Origin: a phage
Direction: 5' to 3' (one strand)
Sequence record: PZ452583.1
DNA length: 64,000 nucleotides
Below are positions 52,677 through 62,982 of the stretch, one piece after another (within the stretch, counting starts at the first letter, position 1; each line of letters opens with the position of its first letter). The notes beneath the pieces were generated by a model, which did no database searches, was not told the DNA's origin, and was given only the letters and a program-made list of their open reading frames with translations. A program made the position numbers and the translations under genes.

Positions 52677-52833
52677 GTGATTTCCTTTTGCCTACTAATG
52701 GACCGTCAGGAATTTTATTTTCCTGGATATACTTCTCATTTTCTTCCATCATTTTACTGCCAATTTTAAGAAGCAAATCCAATGCTTCATTTGCTTTATC
52801 CTTAGCCTCTTCTAACGTCATGTTCTTGTTCAT
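52669..52833 (-). CDS. Small hypothetical protein (54 aa)
   Basis: ATGA overlap with upstream stop; not in track. Confidence 0.4.
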   Translation of the reverse strand: MNKNMTLEEAKDKANEALDLLLKIGSKMMEENEKYIQENKIPDGPLVGKRKSHD

Positions 52834-53033
52834 GATTTATCACCATAGATGTCTCTCATCAATTTAAGTGCTGAGCGTTCTAATTTCTTTTCTTTCTCAG
52901 CACTAATCATTGATTTCATCCATTCTTCCGATTCGTTCTGCATTTCTTTATTTGCCTGTTCAACCCAACCATCATCAATATACATTGAGTTTGGTCTATT
53001 GAACCATTCAAGCATTTTCTTCAGAACTTTCAT
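52830..53033 (-). CDS. Hypothetical protein
   Basis: ORF track 67 aa. Confidence 0.5.
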   Translation of the reverse strand: MKVLKKMLEWFNRPNSMYIDDGWVEQANKEMQNESEEWMKSMISAEKEKKLERSALKLMRDIYGDKS

Positions 53034-53505
53034 TTGTTTTACCTAAAACGATAGTATGGACACCGTCAAATTCATGAATTTTTAGCAAATTTGGATTTAA
53101 ATTATTCCATAAAGAGGTAATAAAATATGATAGCGCACTTTCGTCCGTAATTATAAATTTATTTCCCTTATCAATTTTCCAGTCATATATTGAATCATAT
53201 GAATAGAAGGATAACGGTTTATTATTATAGTATGCTTCAGCAACATCAATATAGTTAGATTTAGTAAATGCTTGAATTGCCATAAATGGAGAATTTTGTA
53301 CAGTTTCAATAATTCCGATCTTTTTAAGTTTTATTTCAACATCTTCTGGAACTGGCATTGAAATAAAATCTTCTACTAGATACATGTCATTGTCATATCT
53401 TTTATCAATCATTACTGCTACTGTAATTGGAACATCCTTGACAAACGCCATACTAATACTATTGATAGACATTTCAAATAAAATCGCTTCCATAATTTTC
53501 CTCAA
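53008..53505 (-). CDS. Hypothetical protein (Mrh-like by size and position?)
   Basis: ORF track 165 aa; start uncertain. Confidence 0.55.
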   Translation of the reverse strand: MRKIMEAILFEMSINSISMAFVKDVPITVAVMIDKRYDNDMYLVEDFISMPVPEDVEIKLKKIGIIETVQNSPFMAIQAFTKSNYIDVAEAYYNNKPLSFYSYDSIYDWKIDKGNKFIITDESALSYFITSLWNNLNPNLLKIHEFDGVHTIVLGKTNESSEENA

Positions 53506-53843
53506 TCACAAGATGTAGATGAACAACCAGAATCACAAGAACTTCCACATGAATCGCCCGTCAATACATGAACAGGAACATTAGTATCATATGAATCAGA
53601 ACTAGACTGTGTATTCTGTGCATTAGATGATGTAGTAGGTACTGACCAGCGCCAAGGATTTTTATAATATTCTTGGGCTTCTTCATAAGTCATAGTAACT
53701 GCTTCTACTGTTCCATCTCCCATATAAACATACTCAACTACAGTTAAAGGAAGGTAGTCATTTGAAATAGGAACTACACCTTCTCCAGGAGTCGTAGAGA
53801 AAAAATCTGTAAAGAAACTTTTAAACCAATTAAAAATAAACAT
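53502..53843 (-). CDS. Hypothetical protein with Cys/Ser-rich C-terminus
   Basis: 113 aa; hydrophobic N-terminus; C-terminal [18 protein letters not shown]. Confidence 0.55.
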   Translation of the reverse strand: MFIFNWFKSFFTDFFSTTPGEGVVPISNDYLPLTVVEYVYMGDGTVEAVTMTYEEAQEYYKNPWRWSVPTTSSNAQNTQSSSDSYDTNVPVHVLTGDSCGSSCDSGCSSTSCD

Positions 53844-54049
53844 TACAAAAAGCCTCTTTTGAATTCAACTTGTTTATCGCCATAATCATATCGAATCTCT
53901 GCATTAAATTCAACAGAACCATCTGCGTACATCATAAATGAATGCACGACAACTTCTGTAGACCATGGTTGTAGTTCATATTTCTTCATTACATGTCGTG
54001 AAATGATAATATCTAAATCTTCATTCGGTTTAATCCAACGATTTAACAT
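53843..54049 (-). CDS. Hypothetical protein
   Basis: ORF track 68 aa. Confidence 0.5.
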   Translation of the reverse strand: MLNRWIKPNEDLDIIISRHVMKKYELQPWSTEVVVHSFMMYADGSVEFNAEIRYDYGDKQVEFKRGFL

Positions 54050-54075
54050 AGCGCTCTCCTCTATAAGATAATTCT

Positions 54076-54105
54076 ATTATACCATACTCATTTTGGAAAG
54101 TAAAC
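54076..54105 (-). promoter_or_regulatory. T4-type early promoter (GTTTAC / TATAAT)
   Basis: GTTTAC, 18 nt, TATAAT on minus strand. Confidence 0.6.
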
Positions 54106-54111
54106 CATTTA

Positions 54112-54139
54112 AATGAAAAAAGGACTCCCGAAGGAGTCC
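54112..54139 (-). terminator. Rho-independent terminator after soc, identical to the one at 293..323
   Basis: GGACUCC-UUCG-GGAGUCC plus U-run. Confidence 0.7.
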
Positions 54140-54145
54140 TTGAAT

Positions 54146-54391
54146 TTATTCACCAGTTACTTTCCACAAATCTTCGTTTGCAGTAATCCATTCAGTACGT
54201 TGATTTTCTTCATATACTGTAGAATATGCTGCTTTTTCTGAAGGGAATATCTGGTAATGAGCACCAGAAATTTTGTGAACGTCAGAATAAAGAGGGAAAG
54301 CTACAGAAATTTCCTTTCCTTCAATTTTCTTATTTCCATCTAATTTCTGCTCAAATGTTTTGATATTAACATAACCGCGAGTACTAGCCAT
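54146..54391 (-). CDS. soc: Soc small outer capsid protein
   Basis: 81 aa; MASTRGYVNIKTFEQKLDGNKKIEGKEISVAFPLYSDVHKISGAHYQIFPSEK... matches T4 Soc. Confidence 0.93.
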   Translation of the reverse strand: MASTRGYVNIKTFEQKLDGNKKIEGKEISVAFPLYSDVHKISGAHYQIFPSEKAAYSTVYEENQRTEWITANEDLWKVTGE

Positions 54392-54421
54392 GTAATTCTC
54401 CTTTTATTTAAATTACATGAT

Positions 54422-54429
54422 TATTTATA
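54422..54429 (-). promoter_or_regulatory. T4-type late promoter TATAAATA for soc
   Basis: Exact TATAAATA ~35 nt upstream of soc ATG. Confidence 0.65.
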
Positions 54430-54474
54430 ATAAATTCTCGCGGCTTTTAAGTCGTCGTTTATTTAAACGAGCTA

Positions 54475-54990
54475 TTAATAGCCTCGATCTTGACGAGCGA
54501 AGTTTTCGGCATTTTTCAGATAATAAAGTTTAAAGATTTCTTCAGCTGACATTCCAAGAGCAATGAATTTATTCATGAAAAAGTGAAATTGGTCAATTAG
54601 TTCAAATTTAATTTCAAGTTGATCTTCAGGAGATAAATCTTGAATTTTCTTGGATTGCATTTCAGAATAACGTTTCTTCCAAGGTTTCCATACAGCAGAA
54701 GCTTCTTTTTCACCATTACTCATACCACCAAGAGAAGTATATAGCTCGCGAGTTTCATCTGCGATATAATCGTCTTGGTTTCGCAACCAAGCAAGAACTT
54801 CTCCTGCAGTTTCAAGTGAATCAGGATGACGATTTGTTTCTGGTTTATCATTAGCCAAACGAATCTGTAAATGCCGCTGCATGTCAAGCATAACCTGCAA
54901 TGGGTCAATACTGTGCATAATATACTCAGCATATGCACGATTTGCTTTATCAACACCTTCGATCAAATGAGCACATTCATTAAAGTGAGC
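54475..54990 (-). CDS. 56: gp56 dCTPase/dUTPase
   Basis: 171 aa from ATG MAHFNECAHLIEG...; matches recalled T4 gp56. Confidence 0.9.
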   Translation of the reverse strand, partial: AHFNECAHLIEGVDKANRAYAEYIMHSIDPLQVMLDMQRHLQIRLANDKPETNRHPDSLETAGEVLAWLRNQDDYIADETRELYTSLGGMSNGEKEASAVWKPWKKRYSEMQSKKIQDLSPEDQLEIKFELIDQFHFFMNKFIALGMSAEEIFKLYYLKNAENFARQDRGY

Positions 54991-55053
54991 CATTATTTTT
55001 CCTTTCAATTCATTAATAAGTTAAATAATTATATCATTTGAGTATGTAAGCAA

Positions 55054-56393
<1,340 letters not shown>

Positions 56394-56418
56394 TATATCA
56401 TCCTCAGCAATTTATTTT

Positions 56419-56448
56419 ATAATACCATAACAAGCTGAGAAAGTAAAC
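56419..56448 (-). promoter_or_regulatory. T4-type early promoter (GTTTAC / TATTAT) for the dam-upstream ORF
   Basis: GTTTAC, 18 nt, TATTAT on minus strand. Confidence 0.6.
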
Positions 56449-56483
56449 AAATTTATGATAAATATTAATTTAAAGGAGGACAT

Positions 56484-56684
56484 ATGGTACAAAAATTAAT
56501 GGCACTTGTTAATGCCATAAAAGGTAATAAGAAACGTATAGCTTTTACTATTTCTGCTATGGTAGGAATTTTACTCTGGAACTTTATTTTATCACCTGTT
56601 GCAATTGCACATGGTATTAATATTCCAGTAGTTACTCTTGATACATTCGTAGATTTAGCATTTGCTTTAGTTGGGTTAATTTAA
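56484..56684 (+). CDS. Small hydrophobic membrane protein (66 aa) on the opposite strand
   Basis: Strong SD AAAGGAGGA 6 nt before ATG; hydrophobic; plus-strand island between minus-strand genes. Confidence 0.55.
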   Translation: MVQKLMALVNAIKGNKKRIAFTISAMVGILLWNFILSPVAIAHGINIPVVTLDTFVDLAFALVGLI

Positions 56685-57709
56685 ATCTTGGCATATTTAG
56701 ATAGCCGCATTTTAGCCATCAACCCCTGTGCAATATTATTTTTCATATATTCCATAATTTGTTCAGGGGTTGCACCTTCCTTTCTAATCATATCATTAAC
56801 ATCTTTTGATTTCCAGGGAGATTTATCCCAAAACATAACCCTTTCTCCTGCATCAACTAATTTAGTCATTCGCTTAATAGTGTCAGGATGACGAGGTTCA
56901 TTATCTAAAACCCACACACGTCTATCTTTAAATGGAACAACTTCTAGGTCTAATTGACCACCCGTAATAGCTATACCATTTTCAATAAAAAGTGAATCTA
57001 TAGGTCCTTCTAGAACATATACATCACCATCTTTAACTCGTTCGACTCCATAGATTTTTGTTGCTTCAGGATAAGCTTTGATGGTGATATATTTTTGGGG
57101 AGCATCTTTCTTTAATGCACGTCCTTGAAAAGACTCAGCTTTTCCATTAGCATTATAAATTGGAATAACAAGACGAGGCTCAGGTATTTCCTTTTTATAT
57201 GTTCCCGGTGCTATGCTATTAACTAATTTAGGCCATTCGGTTGTAAACCAAAGATATTTCCATTTATCCTTTGGAATACAACGAGCTTTTACGTATTTTA
57301 TAATTGGATGGTCTTCCGCCAGTTTATCTAATCTAACACATGACGGAAGAGATTTAATTATTTTCTTTTCAGGTTGTTTAGGAAGTTCTTTAGGTTTTTC
57401 TACTGGACGACTTTTACCTTTTTCTTTTCTTATTTCAAAGATATACTCACGATATAAATCAGGTTCAAACTCCTTTAAATATATTCCGATTGGCGCATGA
57501 TAGTTACAGTTATAACAATGAATATTTCCTTCATTATTATCACCATAATACCATCCACGAGCTTTATTCTGGTCGGTTTTTGAATCTCCGCAAACAGGGC
57601 ATCTAAACCGTAATTTAAAAGTTGAACTATTATTTACTTGTGTGAATTTAGGTAAATGGGCTAATGCACGATACGCAAACTCATTATCAATCCAAGGTAT
57701 TGATGACAT
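56681..57709 (-). CDS. 61: gp61 DNA primase
   Basis: 342 aa, equals T4 gp61; N-terminal zinc ribbon CPVCGD...CYNC; TOPRIM region. Confidence 0.93.
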   Translation of the reverse strand: MSSIPWIDNEFAYRALAHLPKFTQVNNSSTFKLRFRCPVCGDSKTDQNKARGWYYGDNNEGNIHCYNCNYHAPIGIYLKEFEPDLYREYIFEIRKEKGKSRPVEKPKELPKQPEKKIIKSLPSCVRLDKLAEDHPIIKYVKARCIPKDKWKYLWFTTEWPKLVNSIAPGTYKKEIPEPRLVIPIYNANGKAESFQGRALKKDAPQKYITIKAYPEATKIYGVERVKDGDVYVLEGPIDSLFIENGIAITGGQLDLEVVPFKDRRVWVLDNEPRHPDTIKRMTKLVDAGERVMFWDKSPWKSKDVNDMIRKEGATPEQIMEYMKNNIAQGLMAKMRLSKYAKI

Positions 57710-57711
57710 TT

Positions 57712-57876
57712 TTACTCTTCTTTTTCTTTAGATTCCTCTTTTTTCTTTTTAGGAATCTGTTCAGGACCTTTATTTACTACAGCACCTGATGTTGTTCCAG
57801 TAGAGATATTTTCAGGATTACCACCTGAATCTCCAGCAACCATATCTTCTTTAATAAATTCTTTATATGTTTTCAT
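57712..57876 (-). CDS. Small hypothetical protein (61.1-like, 54 aa)
   Basis: ATG overlaps upstream stop; K/E-rich C-terminus; not in track. Confidence 0.45.
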   Translation of the reverse strand: MKTYKEFIKEDMVAGDSGGNPENISTGTTSGAVVNKGPEQIPKKKKEESKEKEE

Positions 57877-57877
57877 A

Positions 57878-58234
57878 TTAACCTCTATTCATAAAAGCAT
57901 TAAAAATTTGGTCATCAATAGATGGCGCAGTAATATTTTCTGCATTATTTAGCAAATCATTAATTTCATCGGATAGCATAACACATGTACCTTTATTTCC
58001 TGTAATTGTTACTGCGCAATTACGAACGTTTTCTTTATCAAATTTTAGGTTAATATTTTCGTAGTGAAAATCCTTTAATGCCGAATATATCTTTAAAATG
58101 AAATTGTCTTTTACTACAATAAACCCAACCTCACTATTAAAACGCGGTTCATGGAAACTGTAATAAACCTTTTCATCTATAAAATCGTATGAAATTTTTT
58201 CCATTTTTAAATATGAAAATTCAGAACTACACAT
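57878..58234 (-). CDS. Hypothetical protein (61.2-like)
   Basis: ORF track 118 aa. Confidence 0.55.
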   Translation of the reverse strand: MCSSEFSYLKMEKISYDFIDEKVYYSFHEPRFNSEVGFIVVKDNFILKIYSALKDFHYENINLKFDKENVRNCAVTITGNKGTCVMLSDEINDLLNNAENITAPSIDDQIFNAFMNRG

Positions 58235-58246
58235 ACTAACCTCTAA

Positions 58247-58540
58247 TTACTCACCTACCACTTCAGCGATGATATTTTTGTTATTAAAGTTTTTATCGCA
58301 ATACAGAACATAATTATACTGCATTACACCACCAGACTTAAGCTGTTTTTGCACTTCAGCTTTCATTTCAGGACGATCGCGCTCAACAATATTCATAATA
58401 TCCGCTTCAATTTGAGTTTCAACCTCAGTCTGATCCGCAGTCATAGACCATTCACACAAGTCTTTATCATATCCTGCCATAGCAGGCTGAGCAGCACAAG
58501 AAGACAAAGTAAAAATTGTAGCAAAGATAATTTTTTTCAT
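58247..58540 (-). CDS. sp: Spackle periplasmic protein (superinfection exclusion / lysozyme inhibitor)
   Basis: 97 aa with signal peptide, equals T4 Sp; GAGGAG SD. Confidence 0.8.
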   Translation of the reverse strand: MKKIIFATIFTLSSCAAQPAMAGYDKDLCEWSMTADQTEVETQIEADIMNIVERDRPEMKAEVQKQLKSGGVMQYNYVLYCDKNFNNKNIIAEVVGE

Positions 58541-58568
58541 GATAATCTCCTCAGTAGTTTATGTTTAT

Positions 58569-58598
58569 ATAGTATATCAATTTCCAACAAAAGTAAAC
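58569..58598 (-). promoter_or_regulatory. T4-type early promoter (GTTTAC / TACTAT)
   Basis: GTTTAC, 18 nt, TACTAT upstream of sp. Confidence 0.55.
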
Positions 58599-58600
58599 AG

Positions 58601-58858
58601 TTATTTTAAAACTTCTGCGTAATCACATGTTACAAACTGTTTCTCTAGCTTAACGATTTTACGAAAATACCTTTTATACTGACGAATCTGCCTCTTCGTA
58701 GGACGTACAGCAAACTTAATAAATTCCACTCGACCAAATGGAGGACTTTCTTCTGCTGGAATATCTAACACCAATTCCCACGTATCTGCAATAAGTGCTT
58801 TGAATTGAGTATTTTTCCTGACGTTATACGGAGTAGGTTTAAATAAAACAATATGCAT
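58601..58858 (-). CDS. Hypothetical protein (61.4-like)
   Basis: Track ORF to 58900; ATG MHIVLF has GAGGATAAT SD. Confidence 0.55.
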   Translation of the reverse strand: MHIVLFKPTPYNVRKNTQFKALIADTWELVLDIPAEESPPFGRVEFIKFAVRPTKRQIRQYKRYFRKIVKLEKQFVTCDYAEVLK

Positions 58859-58859
58859 A

Positions 58860-59042
58860 TTATCCTCGGCAATCCACTTCGCACACTTTCTTGTCATCAA
58901 TGAAAGCTTTAACTAATGCTTTATTAACTTCAGCATATTGAGTAGTAGCCCATTGAACGTCATCTTTCATCATTGTGATTTCTTTAGTAAACATGCTTTC
59001 ATTCTTAAACCACCCCATAAAAACTACCTTTACCAATTCCAT
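58860..59042 (-). CDS. dmd: Dmd antitoxin-like protein (inhibitor of host RnlA/LsoA RNase toxins)
   Basis: 60 aa, position immediately upstream of gene 41 as T4 61.5; sequence recalled as Dmd. Confidence 0.75.
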   Translation of the reverse strand: MELVKVVFMGWFKNESMFTKEITMMKDDVQWATTQYAEVNKALVKAFIDDKKVCEVDCRG

Positions 59043-59063
59043 AACAATCTCCTCATTTAACCA

Positions 59064-59093
59064 ACAAGACTACTATACCATAGTCTTGTCAGC
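59064..59093 (-). promoter_or_regulatory. T4-type early promoter (GTTTAC / TATAGT) with 8-bp inverted repeat around -10
   Basis: GTTTAC, 18 nt, TATAGT; CAAGACTA...TAGTCTTG palindrome. Confidence 0.55.
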
Positions 59094-59100
59094 TTGTAAA

Positions 59101-60528
59101 CTAAAATTTTAATTCATTTGCCAAAGCATCTAACTGAGCTCGAGCTGATTCGTTTCTTTGATAGCGATTCTGTTCAGCCTGAATCTGTTGTGAACCTGCT
59201 ACTTCACTCACTTCGGTTGGAGTAGAATCTTGTTCAATTTCTACCCATTTTTGATTTCCTTTTTGAACACCCATCAAAAACTTATTCCATTTATTCTTAT
59301 CGCCATATCGTGATTTGATTTGCTTAATGAGTTGTTGTTCAGCAGCTGCTAGCTCCTCGGTTTCAATGACCGCAAGCATAAAATCAGCTGTTGCTGGAAG
59401 ACCGGCAGATTCTGCAATATCGCTCATGTTAACATCAGAAGAATCCCAAGCTTGTTTACCAACCTGTGCTGCAGTCCAAAGAACAGTTTCGGTTTCAACA
59501 GCCAGAGCACGCAATTCCTCTGCAATAGCTTTAACAGTTGTGTAACTATTTTCTGAATAAACTCGGATGCGACAAGATTTACAAATACCTAGATAGTCGA
59601 CAATAATGATTGTTGGAACAAAATTCTTCTTGAGCTTCAATTCGTTTAAAAGTGATCGAAATGTATTAGCGTCTGCTCCACCAGTAGGATACTGTTTAAC
59701 GATTAAACGACCGAGAGTAGATTTCTCACGCCATTTTTCCATTTTTCCTTTATACTCAGCGTAAGAAATATGCCCATCATCAATATCATCAAGAGAAACA
59801 TCAAGCATATTAGCATCAATACGCTTAGCACAGACTTCTTCTGCCATTTCCATGGAAATGTAAAGAACATTATGTCCGAGCTGCAAATAATCTGCTGCCA
59901 ATGAACACAATCCTAATGACTTACCAACGTTAACTCCAGCCATTAAAACGTTCAGTGTTCCAGTCTCAGCTCCGCCTTTAGTAATTTTGTTTAGAATTCT
60001 GAGTTTAAATGGAACTTTACGAGCTTTATTCATATAAGATAGCCAGCGTGCTTCGTAGTCATCCATCCAATCATGACCAACGTAGCTATCAAATGAAATT
60101 GATAATGCTTGGCGCATGATGTCAGGAATAGCACCAACATCCGGCATTTTCTTATTTCGTTTTTCCGGAGGAAGCTCAGCATTAGTTTGAATTTCGATTA
60201 TTTTAGACGTAGCATTAAACATCGCCCTTTGCTGAACATATTTTTCTGTTTCTTTTATTAACCAGCTGTGGTCTTCCGGAGAATCAGCCAGTTTTGAAAT
60301 AAGTGTTTTTACACCAGAATATTCTGTTTCAGTAAATGAACTATTTTCTAATGCAACATTTAACGCATTAATAGATGGAACGCTATGGTACTCATTAACA
60401 TGAGATTTAATTAATTTGAATGTATTTTTAGCTGGACCACTTTCAAAATATTCTGAATCCATATATGGCCAAACTTTTGAAAAATAAGCTTGATCAAATA
60501 TGAGATGAGAAAGAATAATTTCTACCAC
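59101..60528 (-). CDS. 41: gp41 replicative DNA helicase
   Basis: 475 aa, equals T4 gp41; Walker A GVNVGKS. Confidence 0.95.
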   Translation of the reverse strand: MVEIILSHLIFDQAYFSKVWPYMDSEYFESGPAKNTFKLIKSHVNEYHSVPSINALNVALENSSFTETEYSGVKTLISKLADSPEDHSWLIKETEKYVQQRAMFNATSKIIEIQTNAELPPEKRNKKMPDVGAIPDIMRQALSISFDSYVGHDWMDDYEARWLSYMNKARKVPFKLRILNKITKGGAETGTLNVLMAGVNVGKSLGLCSLAADYLQLGHNVLYISMEMAEEVCAKRIDANMLDVSLDDIDDGHISYAEYKGKMEKWREKSTLGRLIVKQYPTGGADANTFRSLLNELKLKKNFVPTIIIVDYLGICKSCRIRVYSENSYTTVKAIAEELRALAVETETVLWTAAQVGKQAWDSSDVNMSDIAESAGLPATADFMLAVIETEELAAAEQQLIKQIKSRYGDKNKWNKFLMGVQKGNQKWVEIEQDSTPTEVSEVAGSQQIQAEQNRYQRNESARAQLDALANELKF

Positions 60529-60537
60529 ACTTACTCC

Positions 60538-60882
60538 TTAAAAGAATTTAAACTTTTTCTTTGACCTTTTATTAAATGCATCTTGTAGTTGCATTGTAAT
60601 ACATTTTTCTACATGAGGAGCTAACTCAGCTTTTCTTTCTTGGTCAAGAACAGCAAAGTCCATTACAACCTTTCCATCAACCCAATCCAGTTTAGTTACA
60701 TACACTATATGTGTAGAACCATCTTCTAGTTTAATGACAATCTCCTGGATAACATTTTCCATGGCAGATTTAATTATCTTAAGAGACTCATTAAAAAGAC
60801 GTTCTTTTCTTTCTTCTTCCCCCTCCGAAGAGGGGGATTCATCGATAATTTCTAGATCTAAGTCTAAATCATCTTTATTCAT
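60538..60882 (-). CDS. 40: gp40 head-vertex assembly chaperone
   Basis: Position between uvsX and 41; start chosen at ATG with GGAAG SD; track start 60900. Confidence 0.7.
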   Translation of the reverse strand: MNKDDLDLDLEIIDESPSSEGEEERKERLFNESLKIIKSAMENVIQEIVIKLEDGSTHIVYVTKLDWVDGKVVMDFAVLDQERKAELAPHVEKCITMQLQDAFNKRSKKKFKFF

Positions 60883-62056
60883 TAAATTCTTCCATATCAC
60901 TTAACTGCTCGAGGTCAGTTTCTAAATCAGCTGCTGATTTACTTTTACTTTCTGGAGATTTAAATTTTTCAACCTTTGAGTTAATCAATTCATCAACTTC
61001 AGCTTCAACAATTTCATTACTATCAATAGCACCTAACTGATAAGCACGTTTAATAGCATCTCGGAATGGTTGATGCTTAAATAAAGGACCCCAGAATGTA
61101 GTGCAGTTAGTATCTTTTGCACGCCAAGATTTTTCTTCGCGAATCATCTCGCCAGTTTCTTCGTCAAGAAATTCACGAGCATACCAGCCATTTTTAGGTT
61201 TTACAACAAATCCTAATTCTAGAGCCATATCTAACAATCCAGAATAAGGATCGATACCACCGTCAAATTTAACATCAATAAAGAATTTACTTTTTTCTTT
61301 AACGGTACGAGATTTTTCTACATTTAGAACAAATTGATACCCCTGAAGATCAGAACCATCTTTAATCTGGCGCTTACCGATAATGAATACAGTATCAGCC
61401 GAATACATTACGCCTGTACCACCTGTCATCACGGTTTTACTAAACATTTCAATTGTTTCAATTGTATGGTTAACCGCAACACATGGAATGTTTTTAATAC
61501 TAAAATAAGGAGTAACAATACGGAATAATGACTTCAGTGATTTAGCACGAGTCATATCTGCCACAGATTTTTCATTCAAGGCATCTTCCGTTTCTTTCTT
61601 AGAAGCCATATTACCGATTGAGTCGATGAATACAATAACCTTTTCACCACGCTCAATAGCTTCAAGCTGATTCACCATATCAATTTTCAGCTGTTCAACT
61701 GACTGAATCGGCGTATGAATTACTCGTTCCGGGTCAACTCCCATGGATCGCAAATAAGCTGGAGTAATACCAAATTCACTATCATAGAATAGACAAACCG
61801 CGTCAGGATATTTGTTCAAATATGCCGCAACCATAGTCAAAGACATATTTGATTTAAAGTGTTTAGAAGGACCTGCAAAAATAGTTAAACCAGACTGCAT
61901 GCCGCCATCAATCGCACCAGAAATAGCAATATTAAGCATTGGAATTTTTGTACGAATTACATCCTTTTCATTAAAGAATTTAGATGTAGTCAGTTCAGCA
62001 GTCATTTTAGAAGTGGAAGCTTTAATCAAACGGGATTTTAAATCTGCAATAGACAT
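60875..62056 (-). CDS. uvsX: UvsX recombinase (RecA-like)
   Basis: 393 aa; RecA fold motifs; C-terminus ...DLETDLEQLSDMEEFNE as T4 UvsX. Confidence 0.93.
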   Translation of the reverse strand: MSIADLKSRLIKASTSKMTAELTTSKFFNEKDVIRTKIPMLNIAISGAIDGGMQSGLTIFAGPSKHFKSNMSLTMVAAYLNKYPDAVCLFYDSEFGITPAYLRSMGVDPERVIHTPIQSVEQLKIDMVNQLEAIERGEKVIVFIDSIGNMASKKETEDALNEKSVADMTRAKSLKSLFRIVTPYFSIKNIPCVAVNHTIETIEMFSKTVMTGGTGVMYSADTVFIIGKRQIKDGSDLQGYQFVLNVEKSRTVKEKSKFFIDVKFDGGIDPYSGLLDMALELGFVVKPKNGWYAREFLDEETGEMIREEKSWRAKDTNCTTFWGPLFKHQPFRDAIKRAYQLGAIDSNEIVEAEVDELINSKVEKFKSPESKSKSAADLETDLEQLSDMEEFNE

Positions 62057-62104
62057 TCATTTTTTCCATAGGCATCATTATATTTTCCTCACTGGTTAAA
62101 GATA

Positions 62105-62135
62105 GAGTAATTATAACACAATAAATTTAGGCATT
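62105..62135 (-). promoter_or_regulatory. Putative middle promoter for uvsX (MotA-box-like plus TATAAT)
   Basis: AATGCCTAA about 11 nt upstream of TATAAT on minus strand; weak match. Confidence 0.35.
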
Positions 62136-62982
62136 AATCAACTGCTATTGGATGAATAGCATTAAACTTATGAAATGCTTCTGATTTTTCTTTACGTGAA
62201 ACGCACATGCGAAGAACCTTTAATGGTTCGTCTTCTTCACCCAACGATTTTCGTTTTTCAATATTAGAAGTTTTCCAACGAGCTTGCTCTGGAAACTCTC
62301 TATTAATCTGCTCAAGCGCTCTATTATGTTTAGAATTACTACGAATTGAACTGCACCCGCCAGGAGCTTGTGCTTTTCCAGATACAACTAGATATTTGAA
62401 CAAGGCCAAATGCGGATAACCTTGATTAATTAAATTGAGAAATGCATACATATCTTCGCATAAATCAATTTTTCCATACCCAATTTGTTCTGTCGTAAGT
62501 TTTCCGAGGTCATACCATGTATTCGTGAATCCATATGAATTTTCACGATAATTACCCCAAGATGAAGTAATTTTAAAAATAGGTAGACGAGCATGGCCAT
62601 GATAATACCCGCAATCCATGGCATCCTCAACATATTGAATCAATTCATAGAACTGTTCACGAGTCAATTGATTGACTTTATCTACGCAACGACGATCATC
62701 TCTTTTTCGCATTGAACTCATACGAATAGTAGTATCATCGTCAATCATCCAGATTCGTTGACCTGCATACATATCGGTAATTGCTTTACGAGTACCGGCA
62801 ATTCCGTTTACATCATCAGGAATAGTTATAATTTTAGCTCTAGACCCATAAGCGTCATGATAAGCTTTTTCTTCATGTTCACGCACTACAATATGCGGTT
62901 CATAATCAGTCGGAAACATATCAAGGGCAGAAACTGCCCTGACACGCTGATAACTTGGAATTACGAATTGAATCATTTCCAC
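62134..62982 (-). CDS. Putative glycosyltransferase at the beta-gt locus (not T4 beta-gt; candidate beta-alpha-glucosyl-HMC glucosyltransferase)
   Basis: 282 aa; GT-A-like FVIPSYQR and acidic WMIDDD motifs; sits between 42 and uvsX but unlike recalled 351-aa T4 beta-gt. Confidence 0.6.
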   Translation of the reverse strand: MEMIQFVIPSYQRVRAVSALDMFPTDYEPHIVVREHEEKAYHDAYGSRAKIITIPDDVNGIAGTRKAITDMYAGQRIWMIDDDTTIRMSSMRKRDDRRCVDKVNQLTREQFYELIQYVEDAMDCGYYHGHARLPIFKITSSWGNYRENSYGFTNTWYDLGKLTTEQIGYGKIDLCEDMYAFLNLINQGYPHLALFKYLVVSGKAQAPGGCSSIRSNSKHNRALEQINREFPEQARWKTSNIEKRKSLGEEDEPLKVLRMCVSRKEKSEAFHKFNAIHPIAVD

